DNA from: Lama guanicoe
Taxonomy: Eukaryota
Length of the DNA stretch: 64,000 bases
Reading direction: 5' to 3'
Assembly (NCBI GenBank): GCA_013239625.1
Contig: MU053493.1
Location: forward strand, 2,303,793-2,367,792
In this document: piece by piece, positions 1-14,429 of the stretch
Layout: each line of letters starts with the position of its first letter
Numbering within the stretch: position 1 is the first letter of the stretch
Position numbers and translations under genes: made by a program
Notes under the pieces: model-generated
What the model saw: the letters and a program-made list of their open reading frames with translations, nothing else
What the model was told of the DNA's origin: nothing
Databases searched by the model: none

Positions 1-95
1 CTTTTAAAAATCAATTCTGTATGTTGGAGAATTTTAAAATTCTGTTGTCTTCAATGCAGTAAATAATTAAAGTGAGCCAGTTTCCTGAACATAAT

Positions 96-141
96 GGAAG
101 GAAGGAAGGAAGGAGGGAGGGAGGAAGGAAAGAAGGAGGGA
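96..141. repeat. (GGAA/GGGA)n purine repeat
   Basis: Read directly from the sequence. Confidence 0.9.
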
Positions 142-314
142 AGGGGCTGGCAACTTTGACCTTCTGTGCTCCTTGGTGTTTTTCTCTTCCAAAAGACTGT
201 AATAATACATGTCCTAGTGCTTTGGGAAATCCCTGGAGACCCCTGGAACCACCTTATAGCAACCTGTTCTTCTCCCTAGATCAGATGAGACTAATAGACT
301 GAGACCATTGCTCT

Positions 315-1030
315 TTTGTTTTTAATTGACATATGGTCAGTTTACAATGTGTCAGTTTCTGGTGTACAGCATAATGTTTCAGCTGTACATATACATACAT
401 ATATCTGTTTTCATATTTTTGATATTGAATATAGTTGTGGGACCTTGTTGTATATCTCTTTTATGTATAGTAGTTAATATCTGCAAATCTCGAACTCCCA
501 ATTTATCCCTTCCCACCCCCTTCCTCCCCTGCCATAACCATAAGTTTGTTTTCTGTGTCTGTGAGCCTGTCTCTGTTTTGTAAGTAAGTTCATTTGTGTC
601 CTTTTTTTAGGATGCCATGATATGTGATATCATATGATATTTTTCTTTCCCTTTCTGGCTTACTTCACTTAGTGTGATGATCTCCAGGTCCATCCATGTT
701 GCTGCACATGGCATTATTTTATTGTTTTTTTATGGCTGAGTAGTATTCTATTGTGTATATGTGTGCATGTATATATGTATTGGTATGCATCTTCTTTATC
801 CATTCATCTGTCAATGGACACTTAGGTTGCTTCCATGTCTTGACTGTTGTAACAGTGCTTTTATGAACATTGGGGTGAATGTGTCTTTTTGAATTAGGCT
901 TTCCTCCAGATCTATGCCCAGGAGTGGGATTGCTGGATCATAGAGTAAGTCTATTTTTAGCTTTTTAAGGAAACTCCATACTGTTCTCCATAGTGGCTGC
1001 ACCAAACTATGTTCCCATCAAAACTGTAGG
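315..1030 (-). mobile_element. L1 3' fragment (ORF2 end plus 3'UTR)
   Basis: ORF 811..1005 VQPLWRTVWSFLKKLKIDLLYDPAIPLLGI is the L1 ORF2 C-terminus; boundaries approximate. Confidence 0.9.
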
Positions 1031-1650
1031 AGAGAGGAACACTGTTTCATAGGTGCTTGCAATCCTTTAAGGTACCTGGCATAGTCGTTAGTAGATTATT
1101 GTATTTAATTAATATTTATTCAATTGAATTCTCTATCCTAAACTCTGTGCTAAAAGTAACTTTTTAATCCTTTTGAGCTACTGACTAGAATTTTGTGAGC
1201 AGCCCCAGAGAAGTAAAGGATGCTGGATTACTCAGGAAAGGCAATGAGGCTAAGAAATCAGTTCCACTTAAATTAACTCAACGAGCACTGTTAGGTCAGG
1301 TTATTAGAAACATAGATTGTAATGATTTCATTAGAAGAAGCAGTTGTTCTTATTTGCACACACTGACTCAAACAAAATTATGCAGGAGAGAAATGTTTTG
1401 CCTTCAGGGAAAATGTATCAAAATTATGAGTCAAGCCACGTGAGATTGGAGAATTCTCATCCATCAGCTGAGCAGAAAATAATGGAGTCAAATTTATCAT
1501 TTGGTTTTGAAGTATGAGAGTCACCTTCAACCAGAACTCCTTGAATAGCTTTTGTTTTTTCTTTTTTAAGCACGAAGCAAAAGTCAAACACTTTGCTCAC
1601 ATGAATGGGAAGTCTCTGGGAAACTAAACATCAGGACTTACTAATCTTTT

Positions 1651-1845
1651 TTTCACGTATATATGTTTTTATTGAAGTACAGTCAGTTTACAATGTTGTG
1701 TCAGTTTCTGGTGTACAGCATAATGCTTCAGTCATACACGAATATACATATATTTGTTTTCATATTCTTTTCCACCATGTGTTACTACCAGATATTGAAT
1801 ATAGTTCCCTGTGCTCTACAGTATAAACTTGTTTATTTTATATAT
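1651..1845 (-). mobile_element. Short L1 3' end
   Basis: L1 3'UTR motif atattgaatatagttccctgtgct; TSD aggact[t/c]actaatcttt. Confidence 0.85.
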
Positions 1846-1922
1846 AAGGACTCACTAATCTTTAGTGTCAGTTACATGACTGGCCCCACTTTTCACAGCA
1901 GCAGCACATTGCTGGGACATAA

Positions 1923-1971
1923 TTCTTAGGAGATATGTTGGCCTTTCTTAGGAGATATGTTGGCCTTTCTT
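1923..1971. repeat. Perfect 22-bp tandem duplication (ttcttaggagatatgttggcct)x2
   Basis: Read directly from the sequence. Confidence 0.95.
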
Positions 1972-2996
1972 GTACAAGTAAGCTGCATGCTCAGTGACAG
2001 CCCAGACCATCCAGCAGACCCAACCTCTCTCTCTGCTCTCACCGACATGTTTCCCCAGCCCTCTGTTCCAGCAAAACACTGGCCTTTGCTTTTTTAGCTT
2101 CTGGACATTAGTGGGTCATTCTTAGCAGGAATGACCACTACATCACCTAAGCAAACTGTCTCCTTGAGTTCTTTTCCCACATCTAAAAGGCAGGCTGGCC
2201 AGCAGAATAGCTCGGGCATTGATGCCTTCAGGAATTCGGTTGTCATACTGCCTCAGTTCAAACCACAGCTCCATCACTTTCTACTGAAGGTAATGAGGAC
2301 CTCTTAGAAGCTCCTTGTGAGGATTAAATGATTCCATTTATCTAGAGTACTTAGAACAGCATTAGCCTACAGCACATACTAAATACCCATTATTATTCTA
2401 CGATCGTGACGATATCCCATATGAAATCACTCCTGTTAGGTTCAGCTTAGCCTGGCCTGTAGCAGCAGAACAAGTTGGGTCAGAAAAGACCAAGAGGTAA
2501 GTGAAATGCACATGGTCTGAAACCAGAAGGTGAAGTTAGGTTAGAACCCAAATGCCAGACCAAAGAGAAATAGGAGGCAGGGTCAGCTTTAACAGCACTG
2601 GTAGACTGTTAGTCTTAGCAGGGTACAGATGCTGGCAGAGGGGACACAGTATCTGGAAGCCATGCTCCAGGCCAGCCTAGGGGAAGTTGAACTAACCTGC
2701 TTTCAGAAATACAGTATGATAAACTTGAGGAGAGACTTCATACTGAGTATTTCTTTGGGTTTCCTACAGTGCTCAGAATAGTGCCTTACTAGAAGGAGAG
2801 CTATAGTTAAGTTTGTATCTTCTGTATAGTTTGTATTTTTGTATTGTTACAGTACAGTAACTTTCTTTTGTTTGATATTGATACAGCTTTCTTAAATTTA
2901 TATTTTTGTTCCTGACTTCACCCATCTATCCTACAAATATCTTATGAGTGATACTACATGCAAGGCATTGCCCTAAACATGGAAGACTGTTCAGTT

Positions 2997-3229
2997 TGCA
3001 GAATTCCATCTTGTTCCAGGGGGTCAGTCTTTGTTCCAGTAAGACCTTCAACTGATTGGATGAGGCCCACCTGTCTTATGGAGGGCAATCTGTTTTACTC
3101 AAAGCCCACTGAATTAAATGTTATTATCTTTCAAAAAATACCTTCAAAGAAACATCCAAAATAATTTTTATCAAATATCTGGGCACTATGGCCCAAACAA
3201 GTTGATCAAAAAAAAAATTAAGAATCACA
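2997..3229 (-). mobile_element. MLT2-like (ERVL) LTR fragment
   Basis: caactgattggatgaggcccac...gggcactatggccc...atcaca matches the recalled MLT2 5' end. Confidence 0.75.
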
Positions 3230-6210
3230 ATGATGAAGTCATAAAAGACCTAAACAAATGGACAGGCACACTGCATTCCTGGATTAGAAGACACAACATA
3301 GTAAAATGTCATTTCTTCCTGAAATTCCCTGTAGGTATAGTGAAATTCCTACCAAATCCCAGCAAAGCTTTTTTTAGACACAAACTTATTTTTAGATTTG
3401 TGTGAAAAGGCACAGGCCCTAGAATAGCTAAAATCATCTTGAAAAAGAAGGATAAAGTGGGTGCAATCATTATACTCAATATTGAAACTTACTTTAGAGA
3501 TACAGCAATCAAGATATTATGGTTAGGGAAGAGGAATAAACACACTGAACAGTGGAACTGAATAGAAAAATCAGAATAGACCCAAAAACATATGTCCAAG
3601 CTGATTTTTGAGACAGATGTACAAACAATTCAATGCAGAAAGAGATAGTCTTTTCAGTACGTAATGTTGGAGCAGTATGGTGTTGGATAGCTATAAGAAA
3701 AAATGTGAACTCCAAGCTCAACCTCACACTTTATACAAAAAATAACTAAAAATGGATCATGGGCATAAATGTGAAATAACAAAAGACTAAAAAGATTTCA
3801 GAAATAAAGGCTAAACTGGAAGAAGTACAAGAGTGAATAAATATGATTGCTAATAACCTGAGAGATAAAAGGTAAAAAGGAAAATAAAAGATTAATTCAT
3901 AAATAAAAGAAGTAAGAAGATTTGTAAGGAAGTAGCATATACTGAAGAGAATGAAAGAAGGTCCAACATACGGCTGAATGGAGCTCCTGAAAAAGGAAAC
4001 TAATGAGAACAAAGCAAATATTAAAAACTACAATTCAAGAAAATAATCCCCCCCAAATTTTAAAGATTTGCAACTGCATATGACAGAGACCATCAAACCA
4101 GAGTGGTCATGACCAAGACAAATTATAGTACAATTACTAAACTCTAAAGAAAAAGAAGGTATCATTGGGAATTCGAAATTTGTACTTCTTGAAGAATGAT
4201 GGAAATGTTAGCTATCTTGATTGTGTAGTGGTTTCACAGGTGTATACATCTATGAAAATTCATCAAATTGTACACTTGAAATATGTACTTTCTGTACTCT
4301 ACTGTACAGGCGCCATACCACAATAAAGGTGTTAAAAATAAACAAGTAAATAAAATATTTACAAAGAAATAAACTTCATAACCAAAAAAATAAAAATAAA
4401 ATAAAACATTTTATAATTTTTGAATTAGTAAAATATCAAAGCTAATTTGGCCAAGTAATCTTCTAACAATTCTAAGGAATAAAACATTTAGGATATTTAA
4501 AAAAAAGAAAAAGAAGATATCTTTGGTATTGAGGCAAAAAGAGCAGACGGCTCATCAGGGAAATAAGATATTAGACAATCCTGCATTGTGAAACTACAGG
4601 GTCTACTGTATAGCACAGGGAACTGTATTCAGTAACTTGTAATAACCTGTAACGAAAAAGAATATATATGTACATATAACTGAATCACTATGCTGTACAC
4701 CAGAAATTAACCCATCGTAAATCAAATATACTTCAGTTTTAAAGTGCATTGTGCAAAGAAAACAAGGAAGAAGCATTTCTAAGATAATCAAAAGTAAAGA
4801 AAATGTCACCCAAGGATTTTATATCCAGAAACTGAACGTCAAGTATGAAGCTCACATATAAACTGTGATCGGTGTGCCAGAACTCAGGGAATATTATTCC
4901 CATGAGCGCTTCATGAAGAATTATGTTTGTTCGTGAACCTCAAACAACCAGAATAACTAAAGAAGCATTAGTATAAGTACAGGCTGAAGAGCATTAAATA
5001 TGTTCTTAATATTTAGAATTAAGACTAAGTGAGGACCCTACCTCATACCATATATAAAAATTACCTCAAAAATTCATCAAAGGCCTAAATGTAAAAACTA
5101 AAACTATGAAACTCTTTGGAGAGAACATAGCTACAAATCTACATGACCTTGAATTAGGCAGTGGTTTCTTAGCAATGATACTTAAAGCACACCACCAGAG
5201 AATGAATAGATAAATAAGACTTTATCAGGATTAAAAGTTATTTTCGAAAAACATTATCAAGAAAATGAAAATACAACCTGTGAAAAGATAGAAAACATTT
5301 ACAAATCACAGATCTGATAAGAGTCTAATATCCAAAGTACATATCTTTTTTCAAACTCTTACAACTCAACAAAGCAAAACAAACAACCCAGTTAAAAATG
5401 GGCAAAGGATCTGAACTGATATTTCTCCAAAGAGCATATAGCAATGGCCCATAAGCACAGAAAGTACAAATCAAAGCCACAGTAAGATACCACTTCATAG
5501 CCAGGAAAAGGCCATTATTACAACAATGGACAATAACAAGTGATGGCAAGGATGTGAAGAAAGTGAAAACTGCACGCTGGTGGGAACGTAAATGGTGCAG
5601 CCACTTTGGTTAGCCTAACTCCAACCGTAACCATTTAGCACGTTCTCAACATGCTCAATTTAAGGTTCCCAGGTGACTTGTAGGTATATACCCTAGAGAA
5701 CTGAGTACATATTTTCACACAAAAACTTGTACATGAACTTTGATAGCGGTATTATTCATAGCAAGCCAAAAATGGTTACAGCCTATCTATCTCCAGCTGA
5801 TGAACACACATCATGTGGTATATCCAAACAATGAGATAGTTGCAGCTAAAAAAAAGAATAAAGGAGTGATAAATGCTGCTATAGAGATGAACTTTGAAAA
5901 CATTATGTGAAAGAAGCCCATCACAAAAGACCACATAGTTGTATCATTCTATTGATATGAAATGTCCAGAACAGGCAAATTCATAGAGACAGAAAATAGA
6001 TTCATGGTTGCCAGGGGCTGGGCAGTGGGGTGGAATAGGAGTTCTTCCTGACGGATACAGGCTTCTCTTTCAGGTGACGAAATAGACTAAAATTAGTTAG
6101 TGGTCATGGTCGCGTTCTTCTGTGAATGCTAAAAACTGCTGTTTTGCACACTTTAAAGGGGGAAGTTTTGTGCTATGTGAATTATAGTTTCATAAAGCTG
6201 TTCTATTTAA
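3230..6210 (+). mobile_element. Old fragmented L1M sequence with a younger L1 3' end nested at about 4595-4744
   Basis: A-rich L1 ORF2 and 3'UTR motifs throughout; nested piece flanked by tgcattgtg; boundaries approximate. Confidence 0.8.
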
Positions 6211-6264
6211 AAAGACCAAATGAGTGTTAAAAGAGGGAGTACAGTATGAACTGGTTATATGCTC

Positions 6265-6606
6265 TGCTGTAGACTGGATGTTGTGAACTTCCAAAATTTG
6301 TGTGCTGAAACCTAATTCCCCAGTATGATACTATTTGGAGGTGGGGCCTTTGGGAAGCCTCTGCCCCCATGAATGGGATTAGTGCCCTTTATGAACGAGA
6401 CCCCAGGGAGCTCCCTCACCTCTTCTGCCAGGTGAGGACCCAGTGAGAAGAGGGACATCTATGACTAGGTAGCCAGCCCTCACCAGACATTGAGTCTGCC
6501 GGTGCCATGATCTTGGACTTCCCAGCCTCCAGAAATAAATGTCTGTGTTTATAAGCCACCTGATCCATGGTTTTTTTTGTCATAGCAGCCTGAACAGACT
6601 AAGACG
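6265..6606 (+). mobile_element. MaLR solo LTR (MLT1A-like)
   Basis: tgctgtagactg...gaacagactaagacg with 5-bp TSD tgctc (6260-6264, 6607-6611). Confidence 0.88.
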
Positions 6607-7058
6607 TGCTCTGACAATGTAGATATAACAGGACTGTTTTTTAAAAACCAGGCTTGAATGGGAAGAGCAAATGCAGAAACTCAAACTGCTTCCAGGAATT
6701 AATTGGTTGTAGTAGTATTTGCATTATTTTTATGAGACTCTTTGCCACATAATACCAGATTAAGGAAATGAGGAATTATGGGAAATTCTGATTCTATCAT
6801 CTTTTGTGTCCTTGAGAGCAGGACTCTCAGTGTAGAGAAAAGGAGTGACAGATGTACCATAGATGATGCATAAAATTCCCATAGTCATGAATTTGACTTG
6901 GAAATAGCAGTATGAATTATGAACTATTTTGTCTATCTATGTAGCTGTGTGTGTGTTTCTTTTAACTCTGTCCACTGAAAAAAACCTAGAAACAGTGACC
7001 AACCCAGTAGCCACAAACATCCCTAGTGTCCTGATTATGCTCTTGAAATACCAGTTCT

Positions 7059-7166
7059 GGAGAGGGGAGTGTACATAGCTCAGTGGTAGAGCACATGCTT
7101 AGCATGCACGAGGTCCTGGGTTCAATCCCCAGTACCTCCATTAAAATTTTTTTAATTAAAAAAAAA
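7059..7166 (+). mobile_element. tRNA-Ala(AGC)-derived SINE (Vic-1 type)
   Basis: A and B boxes, A-tail, perfect 14-bp TSD gaaataccagttct (7045-7058, 7167-7180). Confidence 0.92.
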
Positions 7167-7574
7167 GAAATACCAGTTCTCAATAAAAGAAATGGCTGAT
7201 CCCAGGTTTGTGATCACATCCAGTAGCAAAAAACCATGAGAGATTACTCAAGTAATGCTGAAAGGAACCAGGAGCTGACTTCAGAAGTTCTTACTTGCTA
7301 ACAATAGGAAATTTTCAGTGTCAATTGAGGATACTCATTGCAGTTCATTGAAGCTTATCAGTATGTTTAAACCCACAGGCTTATGATGGTATTTTTAAAA
7401 AACTCATTGGTTGCTCTCAGAATATGATAGGGAAACAATTCATAATCTTAAAAACTGGCAAATAACAAGAAAATAATGAGGCATTTATCCTGTCTTTCCC
7501 TATGTGAAGTGTACCATTGCATAACCACAGAGTAGGTGAGGAGAAGTACAATTTTATAATAATATCTCAACCAT

Positions 7575-7789
7575 TAACAGATATACATTACTGTATATAA
7601 AACAGATAAACAACAAGGACCTACTATATAGCACAGGGAACTACATTCAATTTCACATAATGAGCCATAATGGAAAAGAAACTGAAAAAATGTATGTATG
7701 TATGTATGTATGTATATGTATAACTGAATTACTTTGCTGTACACCTGAAACTGACATTGTAAATCAACTACACTTCAATAAAAAATAAG
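7575..7789 (+). mobile_element. Short L1 3' end
   Basis: TSD aataatatc[t/c]caacca; internal (TATG)n. Confidence 0.87.
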
Positions 7790-10789
7790 AATAATATCCC
7801 AACCAATAGTTGAAAAGGAATATTGGATAAAGATGTCACCAGTTTGCAGCCCACAGTGAATTAATATAGGAAATTGAGCAGCAGCAGCTGCTCACATCAA
7901 AAAAAGGAGTGAAAACCAGACATGAGAGCCCCCGGATGAAAGGACACATCATTTATATCCTGTGGAGGGGGTTGAGCCTGCCTCCAACCCAGTCTCTGGA
8001 TCCAGCTGCCAACTGGCAGGAACCCCAGAAGGCAGGGTAACAGATTGAATGGCACCAAGAGATTGCACTCAGCAGAAGCCAGACTGCCAGACAGCCCGCG
8101 TTCTTCAACAGCTAACTTGTAGGGACGAGAAAGAGATGGAGCGAAACCTGGAGATTAAAAGAGACTCGAAGGACATGTTAAAATTTTTAACATTAAAAGA
8201 CAAGACGAGACTACAGTGCCTAGAGATAGGTGGTTGAGTGATAAAACTATAAAGAAGTGGACGGACGTGATGGCTACCAGTCAGGGAGTGGTCACCTTGG
8301 GGGAGAAGGAAGGGGTTGATGTTGGGATGGGACACATGGGCAAATCCCGGTGTAGCTTGCAGTTTAGTTTCTTGGCCTGGGAGAGCGGTTACAGGGCCTC
8401 TCGCCTTGTACAAATTCACCTAGCTCTGTGCTTGATTTGTGTGGACTTCTCTGATTTCCCTCCTCTTGCCTTCCCCCCAACGCGTGTTTACTTCTGTGAG
8501 ATGGAAAACCTCGCCGTCTTGGCTTGTCCAGGCTCATCGTGACCTTCCTGTACCACGACTTTTGTGCCCGCATTTGAGAGTCCATTTTCAAACAACTCAA
8601 TTTGGCGTCTGACATCCCCGAGCAAAGATGTATGTGCTGTTCTCCTGGAAAACGCCTCTGTGCGTCCTCATTCATCTTGGACGAGTGGCTGCAAATCACC
8701 TACCAGATGGTGCTTGACAGGCACACCGTCATAGAACCAGAGGAAACCGTGGCTGTGAACACCTCGTTCAGCTTTCCCTGCGCCACCACTGCAGCCTCCT
8801 ATATGCTGACGTACACTGCCTGCCCCGCCGCAGATTTACAGCGATTAGGATGTCCACCCCTTATTCCTCCCGGATTTCACCTGCAGCAGGCTAGTCAAAA
8901 CAGGTGGCGGCGACACAGACTGGAAGAAACGGGAAACTTGGAATCACAACACGTGGCTCCGCCGGCCACCCCTCCCAGCCGTGTGACCCAGGCCAGGCCA
9001 CTTAGTGTTCCTGCCTCCTCGGGGAGGTGGGGGTGACCCGTGGGGTGGTCATGAGGCTCTAATGAGGAGGTGAACCCAGCTGTAAACTGTCTTCCTCCCT
9101 CTCACGCAGCTCACTTGCAGTGAATTTCTTCAGTACCTATGACTCTACAGTGGGTCACCTTGTAACTCCCCCCTATCAGACACAAAAAGTGACCCGAAGG
9201 GCTCGATGCCCTCGCAGCAGGGAAACCTGGGAAACTCCAGATCCGAAAGGCTGAGTCCTGGAACATAAAGGCTTCAGAGCCATCAGCCCCCAGCATGTCA
9301 GGTGTATCCCTCCCGAGGGGCCTGGGGGTCACAGCCAGCACCCCCAGCTGCCTCAGGGCCAGGAGGGAGAAGTCAGCAAGACTCTGACCCCACCCTGCAT
9401 CCTCTGGACTGTTCTGTGCCATCTCATTAATTTCTCGGTGCCCTATTAAGACTTTATCCTACAGGGTGGGAAAAAAATAAAATAACAAGAACAGACACAT
9501 GGCTGTTCTAATTCTTGTTTTACAGATGAATATAACGACTTGGAAAGGTAGGAGACTTGTCCGGTGTCTTTCAACCGGTAACAGGAGAACCATGGCCAGA
9601 ATCTAATTCTTCCAGATTCCAGACCAGCATCCTTCCCACCAAATCCCCGTCTGTGGTGCCTCGAGGCTCTGTCTTGGCATCACGGACAAGAAGCCGGCAG
9701 CTGGGCCACTGGGGATAGCTGTGCTCTGCATGAGGACACCTCATCAAGGGGGCACGGGGAACAGGGAGGGTCTGACTCCAGGACAGGCACCCTGGCCTGA
9801 GGCTTGGCCCTTTGGAGTTTTCTACTTGGCACCACGTTGCTGTGTGAGCCACCAGCATGACCAGCTCCATGTGCCAAGGCCATTCTACTTCTCCCCCCAA
9901 CCCCTTTAGAGATGTCCTCCACATCCAGCCTGCAGCCGACGTGTGGTGGGCAGACCAGCTAATTTTGTGATGAAACACATCAGTAGAACTGTGAAGCCAG
10001 ACAGTTTTTCCAACAAGCTGTGTCCTCAAAGGACGATGGGTAGGACTGAAAACTGTAATAGCTTGTTCAAGCCACTAGGGTACCATTTGGGAAATTACCT
10101 CCTCAGTAAAAGTTAGTAAATTATGGTTATAATTTATTAAAAGTAGGCTGCTCTTTGGTAACTGAGTGAGGGAAGTGGAATCATTTACGGCACAGAATGT
10201 GGTGAGTGGTCTCCGAGGGACCTAAAATCCTTAGTGCTCCTCCCAGATAAGCACGGATAGAGGAGGCAGCCTCCGTGTTGGAAAAAATATTCAGCTTAAT
10301 TATAATTCATGGAGAAGGAAGAAACCAAGGGTCCTTGGAGGTCAGAGGGTCCCCTGTGCTCTTTAAGGAAGACGGCTCAGACCACAGCAAGTACACAAGT
10401 AAATGTCTCCAGAACGAAAAAAGGATGCTTCCTTCCACAGCCTTACAACTTCCGGGAAAAATTAATCCGGAGGGAGGAAAGAAGGAAGAAAGGGAAATTT
10501 TTTCATGATTGATATAATGAGATATTTAAAGACACAACACGAAAGATTTTTAAGGGATCCACATATTCATCAACATGCTGATAAGGATGACTGTGCTTTA
10601 TAAACGCTCTAACATAAATTCTTGTTAATATGCAAATAACGCCTCAGGGGACCTGTAATGTGATTCTCCTCAGAAGTTTAACAAACTGCTGCGTAAATTA
10701 GCTATTAATACTTTCTACATTAATCTAACATATTAATTAAATCTTCAAACGTTAGTCAGTTGTTCTTTGCCAGTCTCCCCTCAGTCTTT

Positions 10790-11256
10790 TTTTTTTATTG
10801 AAGTGTCGTCAATTTATAATGTGTTAATTTCTGGTGTGATCAGAACGGCATAGTGATCAGTTGCACATACATAAATATTCCTTTTCATATTCTTTTTCAT
10901 TATAGGCTATTACAAGGTATTGAATGTAGTTCCCTGTGCCGTACAGTAGGAGCTTGTTTTTTATCTGTTTTATATACTGTAGTTTATATCTGCTAATCCT
11001 AAACTCCCAATTTATTCCTCCACCTACCCTTTTCCCCCTGGTAACCATAAGTTTGTTTTCTGTGTCTGTGAGTCTGTCTCTATTTTGTAAATGGGTTCAT
11101 TTGTGTCTTTTTTTTTTTTTAGATTCGACATATAAGTGATATTATGACATTTGTCTTTCTCTTTCTGGCTTACTTCACTTACTGTGACGATCTCCTGGTC
11201 CACTCATGTTGCTGCAAATGGCATTATTTCATTCTTTTTTATGACCAAGTAATATT

Positions 11257-11292
<36 letters not shown>

Positions 11293-11355
11293 TGTATGTA
11301 AATATACCACATCTTTATCCAGCCAACTGTCGATGGACATTTAGGTTGTTTCCAT
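10790..11355 (-). mobile_element. L1 3' fragment containing a (TG)n microsatellite at about 11259-11291
   Basis: Same L1 3'UTR motifs; boundaries approximate. Confidence 0.88.
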
Positions 11356-12289
11356 CAGACTTCTTTATGAGGATATGACAGAAGTCAGCCTGCAGTGTGA
11401 GAAGATGAGACCTCTGATAGCAGATAAGAGGCTGAGACAGACACACATCTTTGTATTCAGACACTAGATTCTTTTCTCAGTGCCCCTGCTCTGTGAGACA
11501 GTCATGCTGTGAAGATTTTTTTTTTCAAAAAAGACATACGTAGAAGCTTTTAAAAATTAGTTTCACAACCTGTTAATCTGGTTGCTCTTTTAGCGTTATA
11601 TATTTCCTTTTCTTTTTACTATACATTTCTACTTATTTATTTAAGAAATGTTTCCTAAGAGCCTACTGTGTCCCTGGCATTATTCTAACAGTGACTGAAG
11701 AACTTCTGTCATATGGAATATCATATCATACAGAGGCCAACCTAACTCGGTATGTAGTCATTCATATTAAATAAATATACGGACACTAAATATATTAGGG
11801 CCAGAGTAGCCCTATGTAGAGACAGTGGTCATTGTTTATTGTGGTATTATGTACAGGACATTCAGAATGCCCTTGAGCTAAAAGCAGAACATCCATTTTT
11901 CTTCCTGTAATTCTACAATTAATAATTCACTCCTTGACATCCAATTAACTTCTTGAGAGCAAAAGCTGCGACATTCATGTTTTGATCTCTAGCGTCCAGC
12001 ACAGAGGCTGAAACAAGGGAATGTAAATCTAGTGGAACTGAAGTGGCCAGAAGGAAATGGATAAAACTGCAGACTGTTTGTTTACAACACTGGCTACCTG
12101 AGTGAGTTAGGGATCGTAAAAAAAAAAATCTCAAAGTGTTAGGCACGAGGAAAATTATAATGTTGGAAACAAAAAAAAAAAAACAAACCTGCAGAGTTTG
12201 CCTGCAAGAGTTTACAACATAAATTCTACTGGTTAGGTTAAATGTAACTAATATTATAATAATGAAGTTCATTTAGGGGCAACTAATAC

Positions 12290-12530
12290 CAGAATCAATG
12301 GGATGAATAGATACACATTACTGTATAAAAAACAAATAAACAACAAGGACCTACTGTATAGCATGGGGAACTATATTCAATATCTTTTAATAGCTTGTAA
12401 TGAAAAATATGAAAAAGAATATATATATGTATATATGTATAACTGAATTGCTTTGCTGTACACCTGAAACTAACATTGTAAATCAACTACACTTCAATAC
12501 AAAATGAGAATTATATTTTTTTTAAAAAAA
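12290..12530 (+). mobile_element. Short L1 3' end
   Basis: caacaaggacctactgtatagc...aactacacttcaat. Confidence 0.85.
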
Positions 12531-13354
12531 GGATGCTTCAGGGGTCCTTTTCATGTATACAGAAATTCTTCCCTGTAATACTTCAAGTACAGTCCTCCAT
12601 TCATTCTGTGCTATGTGGGGCTTCTCTACAGTGAAAAAAGAAATGATACCAAGGAGGTCAGAAAGGGACAAAACTAGGGTCCTTTCCTAAAACCCCATAC
12701 GTGAGTTGGCATTGCTCTAACTACAGTTTGGAGAAGAAACCATGAAAATTTTACTAAAACATAATCTTGAATTTTTTCTTCAAGAGCTAAGAGCAAACCT
12801 ATAGTGTTCTTGAGCCTGGTTGAAATCTCATCATCAGAGAATAAAACTTAACTTTCTTTGGAAAAGCACCCGTGTCGCCTGTTGAAAAGTGCTAGCCCTG
12901 TCACAGGGGATGATGCTTCTCATACAGTATGCGTGGGCTAAGAGTTTTCACTCCACAAATGAGTCCTGTGTGTCATCACCAAGTATGTCTTTTTTGTTGG
13001 TCTCCTCACAGGTGCCATGGTTTCAGAGATTTTAGACACCAAATTGCTTTTATGATATCATCATTCATTTGTTTTCCTTTTGAATGAATCAGAAACCCGT
13101 CAGTAAGAGCTTCTGAGTAGCATGAGGTGACCAAGTTGTGTTGGTGTTATTCCTGAGCAAGTCAACAGGTGTTAATGTGTAAGCCCAGGTGATCTTGTGA
13201 AAATCAATTGAATTTGTTAGTTTTTTTTAACATAATGAAAACAGACCAAGACTGAGATTGCCACCCTAGAAAACACTAAGGTTTCAGGAACCCCCAAAAG
13301 CTTTTCACAATGTAAATTTTTTCCATGATTATTATTGATCCTTTTGTTAACCTC

Positions 13355-14040
13355 TTTTTTTTATTGAAGTATAATTGATTTACAATGTTGAGTTAGTTTC
13401 AGGTAGAGAGCAAAGTGATTTAGTTATACATGTATATACATATATATATAAATCTATTCTTTTTCACATTCTTTTTCCATTATAGATTATTATGAGATAT
13501 TGAATGCAGTTCCCTGTGCTATACAGTAGGTCTTTGTTGTTTTATCTATTTTATTTATAGTATATACACACTATATATAGTGTGTATATGTTAATCCTAA
13601 ACTCCTAATTTATCCCTCCATCCCCTTTTTCCCTTTTGGTAACCATAAGTTTGTTTTCTATGTCTGTGAGTCTGTTTCTGTTTTGTAAATGAGTTCATTT
13701 GTATCATCTTTTAAGATTCCACATATAAGTGATATCATATAATATTTCTCTTTCTCTGTCTGACTTGCTTCACTTACTATGATAATCTCTTGGTCCATCC
13801 ATGTTGCTGCAAATGGTATTATTTCATTCCTTTTTATGGCTAGGTAATATTCATATATATATATCACTTCTTCTTTATCCAGTCATCTGTCGATGAACAT
13901 TTAGGTTGCTTCCATGTCTTGGCTACTGTAAATAGTGCTGCTATGAACATTGGGGCACATGCATCTTTTCAAATTATGGTTTTCTCTGGATATATGCCCA
14001 GGAGTGGGATTGCTGGATCATGTGATACCTCTATTTTTTT
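13355..14040 (-). mobile_element. L1 3' fragment
   Basis: L1 3'UTR and ORF2 end (ORF 13658..13867 YLAIKRNEIIPFAATWMD). Confidence 0.9.
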
Positions 14041-14429
14041 TAACTTTTTTCAGCGTGGATGAGCCAAAGCTCAAAAGTATAAATGCATCACAATACATGG
14101 CTTCATTTTCCTGGACATGAGCTGAGATGGATTCTTAGTTTGCTTCCCTATGTGTGTATGTTTGTGAGATAGCAGAAGGCATTGTTTCAGATTCTTAGGT
14201 GACTCAACACAGCTAATACAACGACACTCTACTGCTGAGTGTATTGATGTGGTAGCACCTAAGAGCGTACCAAGTCGGGCTTCACCCTTTGGGGTATAAC
14301 TCATTAGGCATGACATCACCTATCTTATAAGATAACCATCCATTTGGTCCATATTTTTCTCTTGCTACATAATTTCTCTGACAGCACAAATTCAGATCTC
14401 TGTGACTTGTGCTCATCCATAAGCTTTTC

